Positions 53,396 to 63,202 of a stretch of 64,000 bases of DNA are shown here, one piece after another (position 1 is the stretch's first letter; each line of letters starts with the position of its first letter). The position numbers and the translations under genes are program-made. The DNA lies in the NCBI GenBank assembly GCA_937890485.1, contig CALBXN010000010.1, positions 1,178 to 65,177 of the forward strand, in the 5' to 3' direction. The stretch is from an uncultured Treponema sp. (GTDB lineage: Bacteria; Spirochaetota; Spirochaetia; Treponematales; Treponemataceae). The notes under the pieces are model-generated. The model had not been told where the DNA came from. It made no database searches and was given only the letters and a program-made list of their open reading frames with translations.

Positions 53396-56300
53396 GTGAG
53401 TTTTTTTGGAGTACACAACCATAGTGCGGAAGGAAGTAATCTAAGATTAAGAGATTCTATAAACAAAATACCAGAAATGATTGAATATGCTCACTCATTG
53501 GGTCATTCTGGTATCTGTTTTACAGAACATGAATCTATTACTTCTTCATTGGACGCACTTAAATATTACGACAGTCATAAGGATTTAGAAGGTTGGGAAG
53601 GTTTTAAAGTTGTATTGGGCAATGAGATATATCTTTGTACAGAAGATGTAACTGCTGAAAACAAATTTAATAATCGTTATCCTCACTTTATATTGGTTGC
53701 ACTTAATGCCAATGGTCATAAAGGCATTAGAGAACTAAGCACAAATGCATGGATTAAAAATTCTTTCATGCATGTAATGATGCGAGTTCCTACCTATTAT
53801 AGTGACCTTGAAGAAACGATGGTGAACTATAAAGGAGATATTATTGGAAGTAGTGCTTGTCTTGGTGGAGCTTTACCACACAGATTATTACAATTCCAAG
53901 ATTTAGAGAAAAGCAATCCTAAAGAGTATGCTGCCATTTGGCAATCTTGTAAGGATTGGGTTACTTATATGAATGAAATATTTGGAGAAGGTTATTTCTT
54001 TTTAGAATTACAACCTTCTCATATGGCAGAACAAATATATGTGAACCATAAATTAATACAGTTGTCAAAAGAAACCAACACACCTTATATCATTACAACA
54101 GATGCTCACTATTTGAAAAAGGAAGATAGAGAGATTCATAAAATCTTCTTAGAATCGCAGGATGGTGACAGAGAGGTTGATGATTTCTATTCTACTACAT
54201 ACATCATGAGTGAAGAAGAAATTCATGAATACATGGATGAGTATTATGGAAGTGACGTGGTTCAAAAAGGATTGGATAATACAATGCTGATATATGAAAA
54301 AGCAGAGTATTACAAACTAACAAAAGATTTGGATATTCCATATCTTCCTCTTAATACAGATGAGCCAGATAAAGCATTATATATGAAATATAAGGACAAA
54401 ATTGCTTTGCTAAAAGACTTTTATGAGTCAGAACATGATTGTGATAGACACTTAGTAAGAGAAATTGTTGCTTATATTGATACAGACGAATACTATCGCA
54501 CAGAAGAAGCGTATGAAAAAATCAATGAATGTCTTCATTATATTAAAGATTCGTCAGAAAAGATGAAAGTTCGTTGGTCTAAGTATCTTTTACAGATTGC
54601 AATAGATGTTCAAATAGCTTGGGATGCTGGCACATTAGTTGGTGCAGGTCGTGGTTCAGGTGTTGGTTTTTGTTTGTTGAATATTCTTGGAATTACACAG
54701 ATTAATCCATTAAGAGAAAAGACAAAAACGTACCCTTGGAGATTCTTAAATCCTGAACGTGCTTCTGTTTTGGATATTGATATTGATATATGTGGTTCAA
54801 AACGAGAGACAGTTATTCAAGCAATGAAAGATACTTATGGAGAAGATAGAGTTAGTAAGGTTATGACTTTATCAACTGAAAAAAGTAGAAGTGCAATATT
54901 AACAGCAGCTCGTGGTTTGAAGATTGACAACGATATTGCACAGTATATCAGTTCATTGATTGTAGCAGATAGAGGACAATTAAGAACATTATCTCAAATG
55001 TATTATGGAGATGATGATAATCCACCTGTAAAAGAGTTTGTTGCAGAAATGGATAAATATCCCGAATTATGGGAAGCAGCACAGAAGATAGAAGGATTGG
55101 TTAATGGAGTTGGTTCACATGCTGGTGGCATTATTCTTGTTGACAAACCATTTACAGATACAACAGCATTAATGAAAACTAATTCAGGTGATATTATCAC
55201 ACAGTTTGACCTTCATATGTGTGAAGATTGCTCATTGATTAAAGTAGACCTTTTGTGTATTGATGCTTTAGATAAGATGCAAGCAGAATTAGAACTGTTA
55301 TTAGAAAATGGTTTGATTGAATGGCAAGGGTCTTTAAAAGCTACTTATGAAAAGTATTTAGGTGTCTACACACTAGAGCGTGAAGCAGAAAATATGTGGA
55401 GAATGTTATGGAATCACAAAGTAATGTCTTTCTTCCAAATGGAAAAAGAAAGTGGTGTACAAGCTGTCGCATTAGCAAAACCTGCTTCTGTCGATGAATT
55501 AGCAACAATTAACTCAGTTTTGCGATTAATGGCACAAGAGAAAGGTGCTGAAACACCGTTACAAAAGTACGCAAGATTTAGAGAAAATATTCAGTGTTGG
55601 TATGATGAAATGACTGAATACGGGTTGACTCAAGAGGAACAAGATATATTGAAAGATATTATTGGTGTATCTTTTGGTATTTGTGAAGCACAAGAGTACT
55701 TGGTTTTGTTGACTCAGCACCCTAAAATCGGAGGATTCTCATTAGCATGGGGCGATAGATTAAGAAAAGCAGTTGCTAAAAAGAAACCAAAAGAGTTCTT
55801 ACAGTTGCAAGAAGAGTTTTTTGCAAATGCAAAAGAGAAGAATTTATCAGAGAACCTTACCAATTATGTTTGGAATGTATTGATATGTACTCAGCGAGGT
55901 TATGGTTTTAACAAATCACATACATTGGCTTATTCGATTATTGGCTTACAAGAATTGAATTTGTGTTATAAATACAATCCTATTTATTGGCAAACGGCTA
56001 ATCTAATTGTTGATTCAGGTGCAATTGATGAAAATGCTGGTGATTCTACTAATTATGGAAAGATGGCAATAGCGATTGCGTCCGTTCAGAAAGAGAAAGT
56101 AAAAGTAGAGTTACCACTTATTAACTCAGCAGAATTTGGTTTTAAAGCTGATGTGGACAACAATCGAATTATTTTTGGACTAAAAGGAATAAATGGTATT
56201 GGTGATGATATTGTACAAGCCATTGTTCAAAATAGACCATTTGCTTCTATTGAAGACTTTGCTGAAAAGATGTTGGATACAAAATTAATTACCAACGCTA

Positions 56301-57334
56301 AAATGGTGCAGTTGATTAAAGCTGGTTGTTTTACAGAATTGCATTCAATTGACAGAAAAGAAACAATGGACTGGTTCTTAAAAAAATATGTTTATAGTCC
56401 AAGTGAGAAAATTACTATGCAACAATTTGGCAAGATGAAAGAATTAGAAATCGTTCCTGATTCGTTAGACTTGCCTGTTAGGATGGTCAATTTTAAGAAA
56501 TATGTATTGGACGAAGAAGGTTTGTATGAAAAGCATATTGATGAAGGTAAAAAGGTACCAAAACGAGGATATCACGATGGGTATTATATCTTAGATAATA
56601 ATTCACAACCTTTCTTTAAGGAACATTTTACAGAAGATTCAGTTGTAAAAACACAAGGAGATTACTACATCGTTTCGGAGAAGTTATTTACAAAGGAAGT
56701 TGATAACAAGATTCAACCATTAAAGGATTGGTTTGATAATTCAGATACATTGAGTTTATATAACGAAGCATTGTATGGGACTGTTTGGAAAAAACACGCA
56801 GATGGCACTTTGCCTTCATGGTCTATGCAAGCATTAAGTTATTACGATGGAGAACATGAATTAGAGCATATCAATGAAGAATTATATGGTGTAGTTAACT
56901 TCTTTGAATTGCCAGAAGAACCAGAACCTTACGATTATTACACTCGTTATATTGATGGTTCGCCTAGACAGATACCAAAATTTAAGATTTCACGTATCGC
57001 AGGAACAGTTATTAATGCTGATAATTTGCATTGTATGGTAACACTTTTAACCAAGTATGGTGCTGTACAAGTGAAGTTCAATAAAGGACATTATGCTTTT
57101 TACAATAAACAAATTTCAGCAAAACTTGACCCAAATAGTGATAAGAAAACAGTTCTTGAAAAAAGTTGGTTGAGTAGAGGTTCTAAAATTATTGTAGCAG
57201 GTATTAGAAGAGAAGATAATTTCAGACCTATGGTATATAAAGATACAATTTATCAACATACAGTAAATAGAATTCAAGAAATACACGAGGATGGTACTTT
57301 ATTATTACAGTCTGAAAGAACAAAAGTAGAATAG
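53396..57334 (+). CDS. dnaE: DNA polymerase III alpha subunit (DnaE-type, N-terminal PHP domain)
   Basis: 1312 aa. PHP motifs GVHNHS and CFTEHES, AGRGSGVGF, HAGGIIL, and a GYGFNKSHTLAYS finger/HhH region. Confidence 0.85.
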   Translation: MSFFGVHNHSAEGSNLRLRDSINKIPEMIEYAHSLGHSGICFTEHESITSSLDALKYYDSHKDLEGWEGFKVVLGNEIYLCTEDVTAENKFNNRYPHFILVALNANGHKGIRELSTNAWIKNSFMHVMMRVPTYYSDLEETMVNYKGDIIGSSACLGGALPHRLLQFQDLEKSNPKEYAAIWQSCKDWVTYMNEIFGEGYFFLELQPSHMAEQIYVNHKLIQLSKETNTPYIITTDAHYLKKEDREIHKIFLESQDGDREVDDFYSTTYIMSEEEIHEYMDEYYGSDVVQKGLDNTMLIYEKAEYYKLTKDLDIPYLPLNTDEPDKALYMKYKDKIALLKDFYESEHDCDRHLVREIVAYIDTDEYYRTEEAYEKINECLHYIKDSSEKMKVRWSKYLLQIAIDVQIAWDAGTLVGAGRGSGVGFCLLNILGITQINPLREKTKTYPWRFLNPERASVLDIDIDICGSKRETVIQAMKDTYGEDRVSKVMTLSTEKSRSAILTAARGLKIDNDIAQYISSLIVADRGQLRTLSQMYYGDDDNPPVKEFVAEMDKYPELWEAAQKIEGLVNGVGSHAGGIILVDKPFTDTTALMKTNSGDIITQFDLHMCEDCSLIKVDLLCIDALDKMQAELELLLENGLIEWQGSLKATYEKYLGVYTLEREAENMWRMLWNHKVMSFFQMEKESGVQAVALAKPASVDELATINSVLRLMAQEKGAETPLQKYARFRENIQCWYDEMTEYGLTQEEQDILKDIIGVSFGICEAQEYLVLLTQHPKIGGFSLAWGDRLRKAVAKKKPKEFLQLQEEFFANAKEKNLSENLTNYVWNVLICTQRGYGFNKSHTLAYSIIGLQELNLCYKYNPIYWQTANLIVDSGAIDENAGDSTNYGKMAIAIASVQKEKVKVELPLINSAEFGFKADVDNNRIIFGLKGINGIGDDIVQAIVQNRPFASIEDFAEKMLDTKLITNAKMVQLIKAGCFTELHSIDRKETMDWFLKKYVYSPSEKITMQQFGKMKELEIVPDSLDLPVRMVNFKKYVLDEEGLYEKHIDEGKKVPKRGYHDGYYILDNNSQPFFKEHFTEDSVVKTQGDYYIVSEKLFTKEVDNKIQPLKDWFDNSDTLSLYNEALYGTVWKKHADGTLPSWSMQALSYYDGEHELEHINEELYGVVNFFELPEEPEPYDYYTRYIDGSPRQIPKFKISRIAGTVINADNLHCMVTLLTKYGAVQVKFNKGHYAFYNKQISAKLDPNSDKKTVLEKSWLSRGSKIIVAGIRREDNFRPMVYKDTIYQHTVNRIQEIHEDGTLLLQSERTKVE

Positions 57335-57348
57335 GAAAGTGAGGACTA

Positions 57349-59604
57349 ATGGCATTAGAAGATAGAATTAAAATTATTTGTAGTGTAGAAACCATAAGGT
57401 TTTATAAAAATGAATTTGGTATTGCTGTTGTATCAGTGGATTCAGTAAAGGAAGGAAAACCAAAAACGGATAAATTCAATCAGATTATCATTAAAGGGGT
57501 TATGCCACAATTGGTAGAAGGAAATCCATATGTATTGGTAGCTGATTATGTAGAAGACCCAAAATGGGGAGGTCAATACAATATTATTTCAATCTATAGT
57601 GCCATTACCTTTGGTGACAATGACAAAGTTGGACAGAAGAAATTCTTGTCCTCTTTGTTCACACCACTACAGATTGAAAATATGTATTCTGCTTTAGATA
57701 ACCCATTTGATTCATTGAAGAACAATAGAGCAGAAGATTTAGTTAAGGTAAAAGGATGTGGCTTAGATACGGCTGCAAGATGGATTGAAAGATTTAATCG
57801 TAATATGCATTTGGCAAAAATCTTCTCAGAATTGGAAGAATTTAACCTAACAAATAATATGGTGAACAGACTTATGGAGAAATATAATTCACCAGACCTT
57901 GTTGTAGAAAAGGTAAAAAATAATCCATATGTTCTGTGTAATGAAGTAAAGGGTATTGGTTGGAAAACGGCTGATAAGATTGCTCTTGAAGGTGGTATGG
58001 AAGAGTTTTGTACGCAACGTATTAGTGCATATATCTATAAGTATTTAGAAGATTCAGGTCAAAATGGTTGTTCATGGGTAACGCCAGATGAGTTAATGGG
58101 TGGAATTATCGAAATGCTTGGTGAAGAAGTACCTGATATGAATATTACAGAAGCCATTCATGAGATGGGCGAAGAATTATGGTGGAATGATGATAAGACA
58201 CAAATTGGTCTGAGAAAGTATTTTAATATAGAAGAGAAGATTGCAAAAGAACTTATTAGAATACGAGACGCTAAGTCAGAAATTACATATGGTGATTGGG
58301 AAGATACCATTAAACACGTAGAACATAAGAATGGATGGAAGTTCACGGAAGAACAGCGATTAGGTGTAAAAGAAGCACTTGAAAACAATGTAGTTGTTAT
58401 TCATGGTGAAGCTGGAACAGGAAAAAGTTCATCTGTATCTGCTTTTCTTGAGGCATTAAAGAATTATGTATATGTACAGTGTGCTTTGTCTGGTAGAGCA
58501 AGTTCACGAATGACAGAAATTACAGGCGAAGAAGGATATACAATTCACAGATTGTTAAAGTATCCGTGTCAAGGAGATGATGGTAAAAATGGTTTTACTT
58601 ATCATGATGAAAACCCTTTAGATGTAGACATTGTTATTATTGACGAGATTTCAATGGTTGATGCGTTTTTATTCTATTACTTATTGAGGGCAATACCTTC
58701 AGGTGCTAAGTTGATTTGTTTAGGAGATATGGGACAGTTAGAGTCTATCGGATGTGGAAATATTGCATTTGATATGATTCATTCACCTGAGATTCCAACT
58801 GTATATCTTAGTCAGGTACATAGACAAGCTGCTTCATCAGCGATTGTTACAGAAGCAAGACGTATTAGACAAGGGAATCAAATTGTAGAAAAAGATTGGG
58901 TAGGTACTGATATTCGAGGAGAGTTAAAAGACTTATCATTGGATTGTTACTCTGATAAGAGCAACACGTTCTATAAGATTATGCAGAAATTCTCAGAAGC
59001 AATGAGTAAAGATGATTTCAATGTCATGGAAACTCAGATTTTAGTACCAGTAAAAAATAATGGTGATGCTTGTACCTATAATATCAACAATACTATTCAG
59101 GACTTATATAATCCAAGTGATATTGATAAACCACAGATTGAGGTTGTGTCACAAGGAAAAGTAACCATTCTCCGTAGAGGAGATAAGGTAATCAATACAC
59201 AGAACACTTACAAAACCAATCCACCAATCTTTAATGGTAACTTAGGAATTATTAAAGAAGTGTTTCCAGAAGATAAGGCACTGATTATCTCATTTATGGG
59301 AATTGGAGATGTGTATGTAGAAGGAACACAAGTAAATAGTATTGAACTTGGTTACGCAATAACAGTTCACAAGTCACAAGGTTCGCAGTTTGACCACGTA
59401 ATATTTGGTATTGATTTTGGTTCTTATTCATTGCTGACTAGAGAATTATTATATACAGGCATTACAAGAGCAAAGAGAATGTGTGACTTGATTGCACAAA
59501 CAGGTGCTTTGAGAATGGCTATTAGCAAAGAGGGTGTTAGTAAAAAGCAAACACACTTGCAACAGTGTCTATATGATACAGCACACCCTAAACTGGTATT
59601 TTAA
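57349..59604 (+). CDS. RecD2-like SF1 DNA helicase
   Basis: Walker A GEAGTGKSS, IIDEISMVD, ITVHKSQGSQFD, LLYTGITRAKR, and an N-terminal HhH-like region. Confidence 0.8.
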   Translation: MALEDRIKIICSVETIRFYKNEFGIAVVSVDSVKEGKPKTDKFNQIIIKGVMPQLVEGNPYVLVADYVEDPKWGGQYNIISIYSAITFGDNDKVGQKKFLSSLFTPLQIENMYSALDNPFDSLKNNRAEDLVKVKGCGLDTAARWIERFNRNMHLAKIFSELEEFNLTNNMVNRLMEKYNSPDLVVEKVKNNPYVLCNEVKGIGWKTADKIALEGGMEEFCTQRISAYIYKYLEDSGQNGCSWVTPDELMGGIIEMLGEEVPDMNITEAIHEMGEELWWNDDKTQIGLRKYFNIEEKIAKELIRIRDAKSEITYGDWEDTIKHVEHKNGWKFTEEQRLGVKEALENNVVVIHGEAGTGKSSSVSAFLEALKNYVYVQCALSGRASSRMTEITGEEGYTIHRLLKYPCQGDDGKNGFTYHDENPLDVDIVIIDEISMVDAFLFYYLLRAIPSGAKLICLGDMGQLESIGCGNIAFDMIHSPEIPTVYLSQVHRQAASSAIVTEARRIRQGNQIVEKDWVGTDIRGELKDLSLDCYSDKSNTFYKIMQKFSEAMSKDDFNVMETQILVPVKNNGDACTYNINNTIQDLYNPSDIDKPQIEVVSQGKVTILRRGDKVINTQNTYKTNPPIFNGNLGIIKEVFPEDKALIISFMGIGDVYVEGTQVNSIELGYAITVHKSQGSQFDHVIFGIDFGSYSLLTRELLYTGITRAKRMCDLIAQTGALRMAISKEGVSKKQTHLQQCLYDTAHPKLVF

Positions 59605-59617
59605 CAAAATTGACAGT

Positions 59618-59659
59618 CTATATATAGTGGTGCAGACACAAAATAACCACTATATATAG
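59618..59659. repeat. perfect 14-bp inverted repeat CTATATATAGTGGT / ACCACTATATATAG
   Basis: 14-nt loop and no U-tract. The 14-mer recurs exactly at 17197-17210. Confidence 0.7.
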
Positions 59660-59724
59660 ATAAAAATGAGTCAAAAACAGCCATGAAATAGGACTTTCAT
59701 CGGGATTTTTGGAAAGGAGATTAT

Positions 59725-59949
59725 ATGAAATTTGTATTAGATAAGGACGATATTATTTGTCTACTTAAATCAAAAACTGTTCCCTATGAAAAAATAGACG
59801 AGTTTTCAAACAAAGAATGGGGACATTTTATTGGCGGTTTTGATGATAGATGGGAATGGAATACTGCGAAATTAAGAGAACTTTCGGAAGAGCAACTGTT
59901 TTCTATTTATTATTTTTTGAAAAATTATTGGAAACAGTATTTAGGATAA
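59725..59949 (+). CDS. hypothetical protein (74 aa)
   Basis: SD AAAGGAG upstream. Confidence 0.6.
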   Translation: MKFVLDKDDIICLLKSKTVPYEKIDEFSNKEWGHFIGGFDDRWEWNTAKLRELSEEQLFSIYYFLKNYWKQYLG

Positions 59950-59959
59950 GGAGAAATAT

Positions 59960-60259
59960 ATGTTAAGCAACGATGCAAATTACAATATGGATACTGTGTT
60001 AAACGAGATAAATCAGAAGAAACTCTTGTTGGATGTCAAGGTTGAAACACAGTTAATCCTTCAACTATTGGTTGCCAAAGGTATTGTGACTAGAGAAGAA
60101 GTCTCTGAAATGAGAAACAAAGTAAAGAATAGTTCACAGTATAAGCCTTTATATGATTACTTTGAGCAAGCAGAACAGAAGGCAAATTATTATAAAGCTA
60201 ATCCTGAACAACATTTAAAAGATGTATTTGCTGCGAAGATGAATGGAAGTATTAAGTAG
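59960..60259 (+). CDS. hypothetical protein (99 aa)
   Basis: SD AAGGAG upstream. Confidence 0.6.
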   Translation: MLSNDANYNMDTVLNEINQKKLLLDVKVETQLILQLLVAKGIVTREEVSEMRNKVKNSSQYKPLYDYFEQAEQKANYYKANPEQHLKDVFAAKMNGSIK

Positions 60260-60274
60260 AAGGAGAAGTAATAT

Positions 60275-60496
60275 ATGAAAGAAGGATGGTTGTGTCCAAG
60301 ATGTGGAAGAATAAATGCACCATTTACAATGTATTGTGATTGCAAAGAACATCATGACGATAATGCAAAAGTTGATTCTATTATAGATATAAGCGAATGT
60401 AAAAGAGGAAATCACGATTGGAAATTAGACCTATATTCATCAGCAATAAAATATAGATGTAGTCGATGCGGAATAGTGAAATATGATACCTTATAG
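60275..60496 (+). CDS. small zinc-ribbon protein
   Basis: CPRCG...CDC...CSRCG motifs. SD GAAGGAG. Confidence 0.6.
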   Translation: MKEGWLCPRCGRINAPFTMYCDCKEHHDDNAKVDSIIDISECKRGNHDWKLDLYSSAIKYRCSRCGIVKYDTL

Positions 60497-60532
60497 AACA
60501 AGTCTTTTATTGACATAGATTTGGAGGTAAAA

Positions 60533-60688
60533 ATGGATAAAAACACAGAAATTAAAGAAATTGCACTAAATCCAAGGTTTTTGACAAATGGTGTCTATGA
60601 AAGCCTTAAAAATCAAGGGGTTTCAGTACGATGGATGAACGATGCAGAAATTAATGAAGGTGAGATGAAAATGGTGATTTACTGCTAA
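60533..60688 (+). CDS. hypothetical small protein (51 aa)
   Basis: Hand-translated. SD GGAGGT upstream. Confidence 0.45.
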   Translation: MDKNTEIKEIALNPRFLTNGVYESLKNQGVSVRWMNDAEINEGEMKMVIYC

Positions 60689-60725
60689 AACACCATGAAA
60701 TCACGGTTTCAAGGAGAAACAATAA

Positions 60726-60923
60726 ATGAACATAGAAGAAAGATTATATAACTGCTTTAAAAAGATTTTCGATAAATATAACGGCAAGTTAAAAATTCCA
60801 TTGGATTGTTCAGGAATTGTATATGATACGGCTGGTCATGAATGCAGTGATGAATTTTTGAGTGAAATGTATCAGCGTTGGTTGAATGAAGGAAATCAAG
60901 ACAAAGATGAAGCAAATGGTTAG
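60726..60923 (+). CDS. hypothetical protein (65 aa)
   Basis: SD AAGGAG upstream. Confidence 0.6.
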   Translation: MNIEERLYNCFKKIFDKYNGKLKIPLDCSGIVYDTAGHECSDEFLSEMYQRWLNEGNQDKDEANG

Positions 60924-61059
60924 AATTTTCGAAAACGATAATTTTGTTGTAGATTACGACAAAGAAAAGAAGAAGTACAGAGTAAGCACTTTTGAAAATA
61001 ATCATTATTGTGACGAATGCGAGTTTGATGCTTACGAAGAAGATAAAGAAAACAACTAA
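60916..61059 (+). CDS. hypothetical small protein (47 aa)
   Basis: Hand-translated. Its ATG overlaps the upstream stop (ATGGTTAG). Confidence 0.4.
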   Translation: MVRIFENDNFVVDYDKEKKKYRVSTFENNHYCDECEFDAYEEDKENN

Positions 61060-61076
61060 GAATGGAGAAGATAATT

Positions 61077-61241
61077 ATGAGCAACGAAACAGTAAAAAGA
61101 TTTGATATCACAATTAAATTAAGAGGAGACAATGTATATGATTTATACATAAATGACAAGCATACTTCTTCTCGTGGTATCTGTGATGCGCTTTTAGATG
61201 ATGCTAAAGTTGCAATTAAAAAAGAATTACTTGGAGAATAA
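61077..61241 (+). CDS. hypothetical small protein (54 aa)
   Basis: Hand-translated. SD TGGAGAAG upstream. Confidence 0.45.
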   Translation: MSNETVKRFDITIKLRGDNVYDLYINDKHTSSRGICDALLDDAKVAIKKELLGE

Positions 61242-61244
61242 ATT

Positions 61245-61745
61245 ATGGATTTAATTGATAGAAATGAATTGATTAAAAAACTTACAGACAGGCATAGTAA
61301 GCATTATGTAAATTGGAAAGCATTTGAAAATTACATGGGTGAAAGAAAAGTAATTCACCATACAGAAATGGATGAATGCAAGAAAATTATAGATATTATC
61401 GTAGAACAACCAACTGTCGAAGCTGTTCCAGTGGTGCATTTGGATGTAGAAAAATCTGAAATATTAGATACTTTAGATAAAATGCAGTTTTTCCTAGGAC
61501 AAAGAGCAGGACGTGAATTATGGAATGACAAACCAGAAGATATTCAAGAGAAAGATTTAGAAAACTTTAACAGAGATATTCAAAAGATTAAAGAATATCT
61601 GTTTAATGTTAAACCTGTTAAACGTGGAGAATGGCTCGGAGACAAATCGTGGAGAGAATGTTCAGAATGTGGAAACGTCGTTTCATCTTCCAAAACAACT
61701 AAGTTTTGTATTGAATGCGGTGCCGATATGCGAAAGAAGGTGTGA
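61245..61745 (+). CDS. hypothetical protein with C-terminal zinc ribbon (166 aa)
   Basis: The MDLIDRNELIKKL N-terminus is common in Firmicutes phage proteins. CSECG...CIECG motif. Confidence 0.6.
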   Translation: MDLIDRNELIKKLTDRHSKHYVNWKAFENYMGERKVIHHTEMDECKKIIDIIVEQPTVEAVPVVHLDVEKSEILDTLDKMQFFLGQRAGRELWNDKPEDIQEKDLENFNRDIQKIKEYLFNVKPVKRGEWLGDKSWRECSECGNVVSSSKTTKFCIECGADMRKKV

Positions 61746-61746
61746 T

Positions 61747-61878
61747 ATGACAAAAGAAGTGTGTGATGAATGTTACAAATGTCATTGGTATTGGTTAAAT
61801 AATGATACAGGAAATGAATGTTTTGGATACAAAATGACTTGTATTGATTTTAATAGGAAGGTGGAAGTAAATGAGTAA
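61747..61878 (+). CDS. small Cys-rich protein (43 aa)
   Basis: ATG 61747 overlaps the upstream stop (TGATATG). CDECYKCHW motif. The track start at 61606 is an extension. Confidence 0.4.
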   Translation: MTKEVCDECYKCHWYWLNNDTGNECFGYKMTCIDFNRKVEVNE

Positions 61879-62203
61879 TTTAAATACTTATTGCCCATTC
61901 TGTGGTGGCGAATTAACAATTAGAAAATGGATTGCATTTGATGGAGAGTCTTTTTCATTAAAATGTAACACTGATGGTTGTGTATTAAACGTTGATTCAT
62001 TTAGAAACAAAGAAGAATTAATTAGAAAAGCAAATACTCGTAAACCAATGCAGAATATTATGAAAAAGTTAGAGGCAGAAGATTATAAAAAAGACGGTGG
62101 AGAATTATTTCTAAATCATAATCTTGAAGATTGTATTCCGTTGAGAAGAGTTTATGAAATCATAAAAGGAGAAAATGGATTATATGAAACTGAAACTATG
62201 TGA
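61871..62203 (+). CDS. Lar-like zinc-ribbon protein
   Basis: YCPFCGGELTIRKW...LKCNTDGC...ELIRKANTR fits the Lar family pattern. Confidence 0.55.
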   Translation: MSNLNTYCPFCGGELTIRKWIAFDGESFSLKCNTDGCVLNVDSFRNKEELIRKANTRKPMQNIMKKLEAEDYKKDGGELFLNHNLEDCIPLRRVYEIIKGENGLYETETM

Positions 62204-62372
62204 TGCTATTGTAGTGGTTCAGAATTTACAATCTGAAAAATTGACAGATGAAACAAAAGGTCTTGCAATCTTGAGAATATTAGAAGCAAATACGTTAAAC
62301 TCAGTAACGAAAAATGACATGAAAAATATTATAAAATGGCTTTTTGAAAAGTGTTATGAGGTAAGAGAGTAA
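62175..62372 (+). CDS. hypothetical protein (65 aa)
   Basis: SD AAAGGAG. The start is ATG 62175 or 62184. Confidence 0.55.
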   Translation: MDYMKLKLCDAIVVVQNLQSEKLTDETKGLAILRILEANTLNSVTKNDMKNIIKWLFEKCYEVRE

Positions 62373-62635
62373 TGATAACACCTAATGAACAGATTTTAAT
62401 ATATGCCGTACGATATGCGCTTGGAAGAATGAGTTATATAGTTGGTGATGTCGCCAGATATGTAAAATCAAAAAACAACACATTGTCTAGTCAATGCAAA
62501 AACATTATCATTCGTGATATTGAAGAAAAAATGGAAAGATACCATTCAGTCGGACAAACATTAGGTATGGAATGTGATGAAAGAACTTGGGAAAATTTAT
62601 TAAAACTTTTGAAATTTGAAAGGAGAAGTAAATGA
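62372..62635 (+). CDS. hypothetical protein (87 aa)
   Basis: TAATG overlap with the previous gene. Confidence 0.6.
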   Translation: MITPNEQILIYAVRYALGRMSYIVGDVARYVKSKNNTLSSQCKNIIIRDIEEKMERYHSVGQTLGMECDERTWENLLKLLKFERRSK

Positions 62636-62727
62636 GTAAATGGAAAATGTGTTCAATTAAACATAGTGGCACTTGTGGAGAACGTGGAACAGAACGACAA
62701 GAACCATATTATTTAGAAAGAAATTGA
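62632..62727 (+). CDS. short ORF (31 aa), possibly truncated by the IS insertion
   Basis: ATGA overlap with the previous gene. Ends 8 nt before the IS left-end hairpin. Confidence 0.3.
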   Translation: MSKWKMCSIKHSGTCGERGTERQEPYYLERN

Positions 62728-62758
62728 GTGAAATCCCACTATGTCTTTAGCGTAGTGG

Positions 62759-63190
62759 ATGAAAGCGAATATTATGAGAAAGAAAAGACAAAACAAAAAT
62801 TATACTTCTGTCAATCACAGTAAGTTCATTCTTACATACCATATTATATTTACCTGTAAGTATAGAAAGAAACTTCTCATAAAATATGGAGAAGATATAA
62901 AGCAGATGATTTATGATATAAGCAAGAAATACGACTTTGAAATTAAGGAAATGGAAGTTGATAAAGACCATATACATATGATGGTTTCTTCTATACCGAA
63001 AATATCACCACTTCAAATAGTGAGGATACTGAAACAACAGTCTGCAATGGAAATATGGAAAATGTATCCAAAGGAACTGAAAAAACATTATTGGAAAGAA
63101 CATACATTTTGGACAGACGGATATTTCGTTTCAACAATTGGAGAAGTAAGTAATAAGACATTAAAACATTATATACAAAATCAAGGATAG
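62759..63190 (+). CDS. tnpA: IS200/IS605 Y1 (HUH) transposase TnpA
   Basis: YHIIFTCKYRKKLL, HUH motif DHIHMMV, and the catalytic Tyr region WTDGYFVSTIG. An alternative ATG lies at 62774. Confidence 0.9.
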   Translation: MKANIMRKKRQNKNYTSVNHSKFILTYHIIFTCKYRKKLLIKYGEDIKQMIYDISKKYDFEIKEMEVDKDHIHMMVSSIPKISPLQIVRILKQQSAMEIWKMYPKELKKHYWKEHTFWTDGYFVSTIGEVSNKTLKHYIQNQG

Positions 63191-63202
63191 GAGGTGAGAC
63201 GG

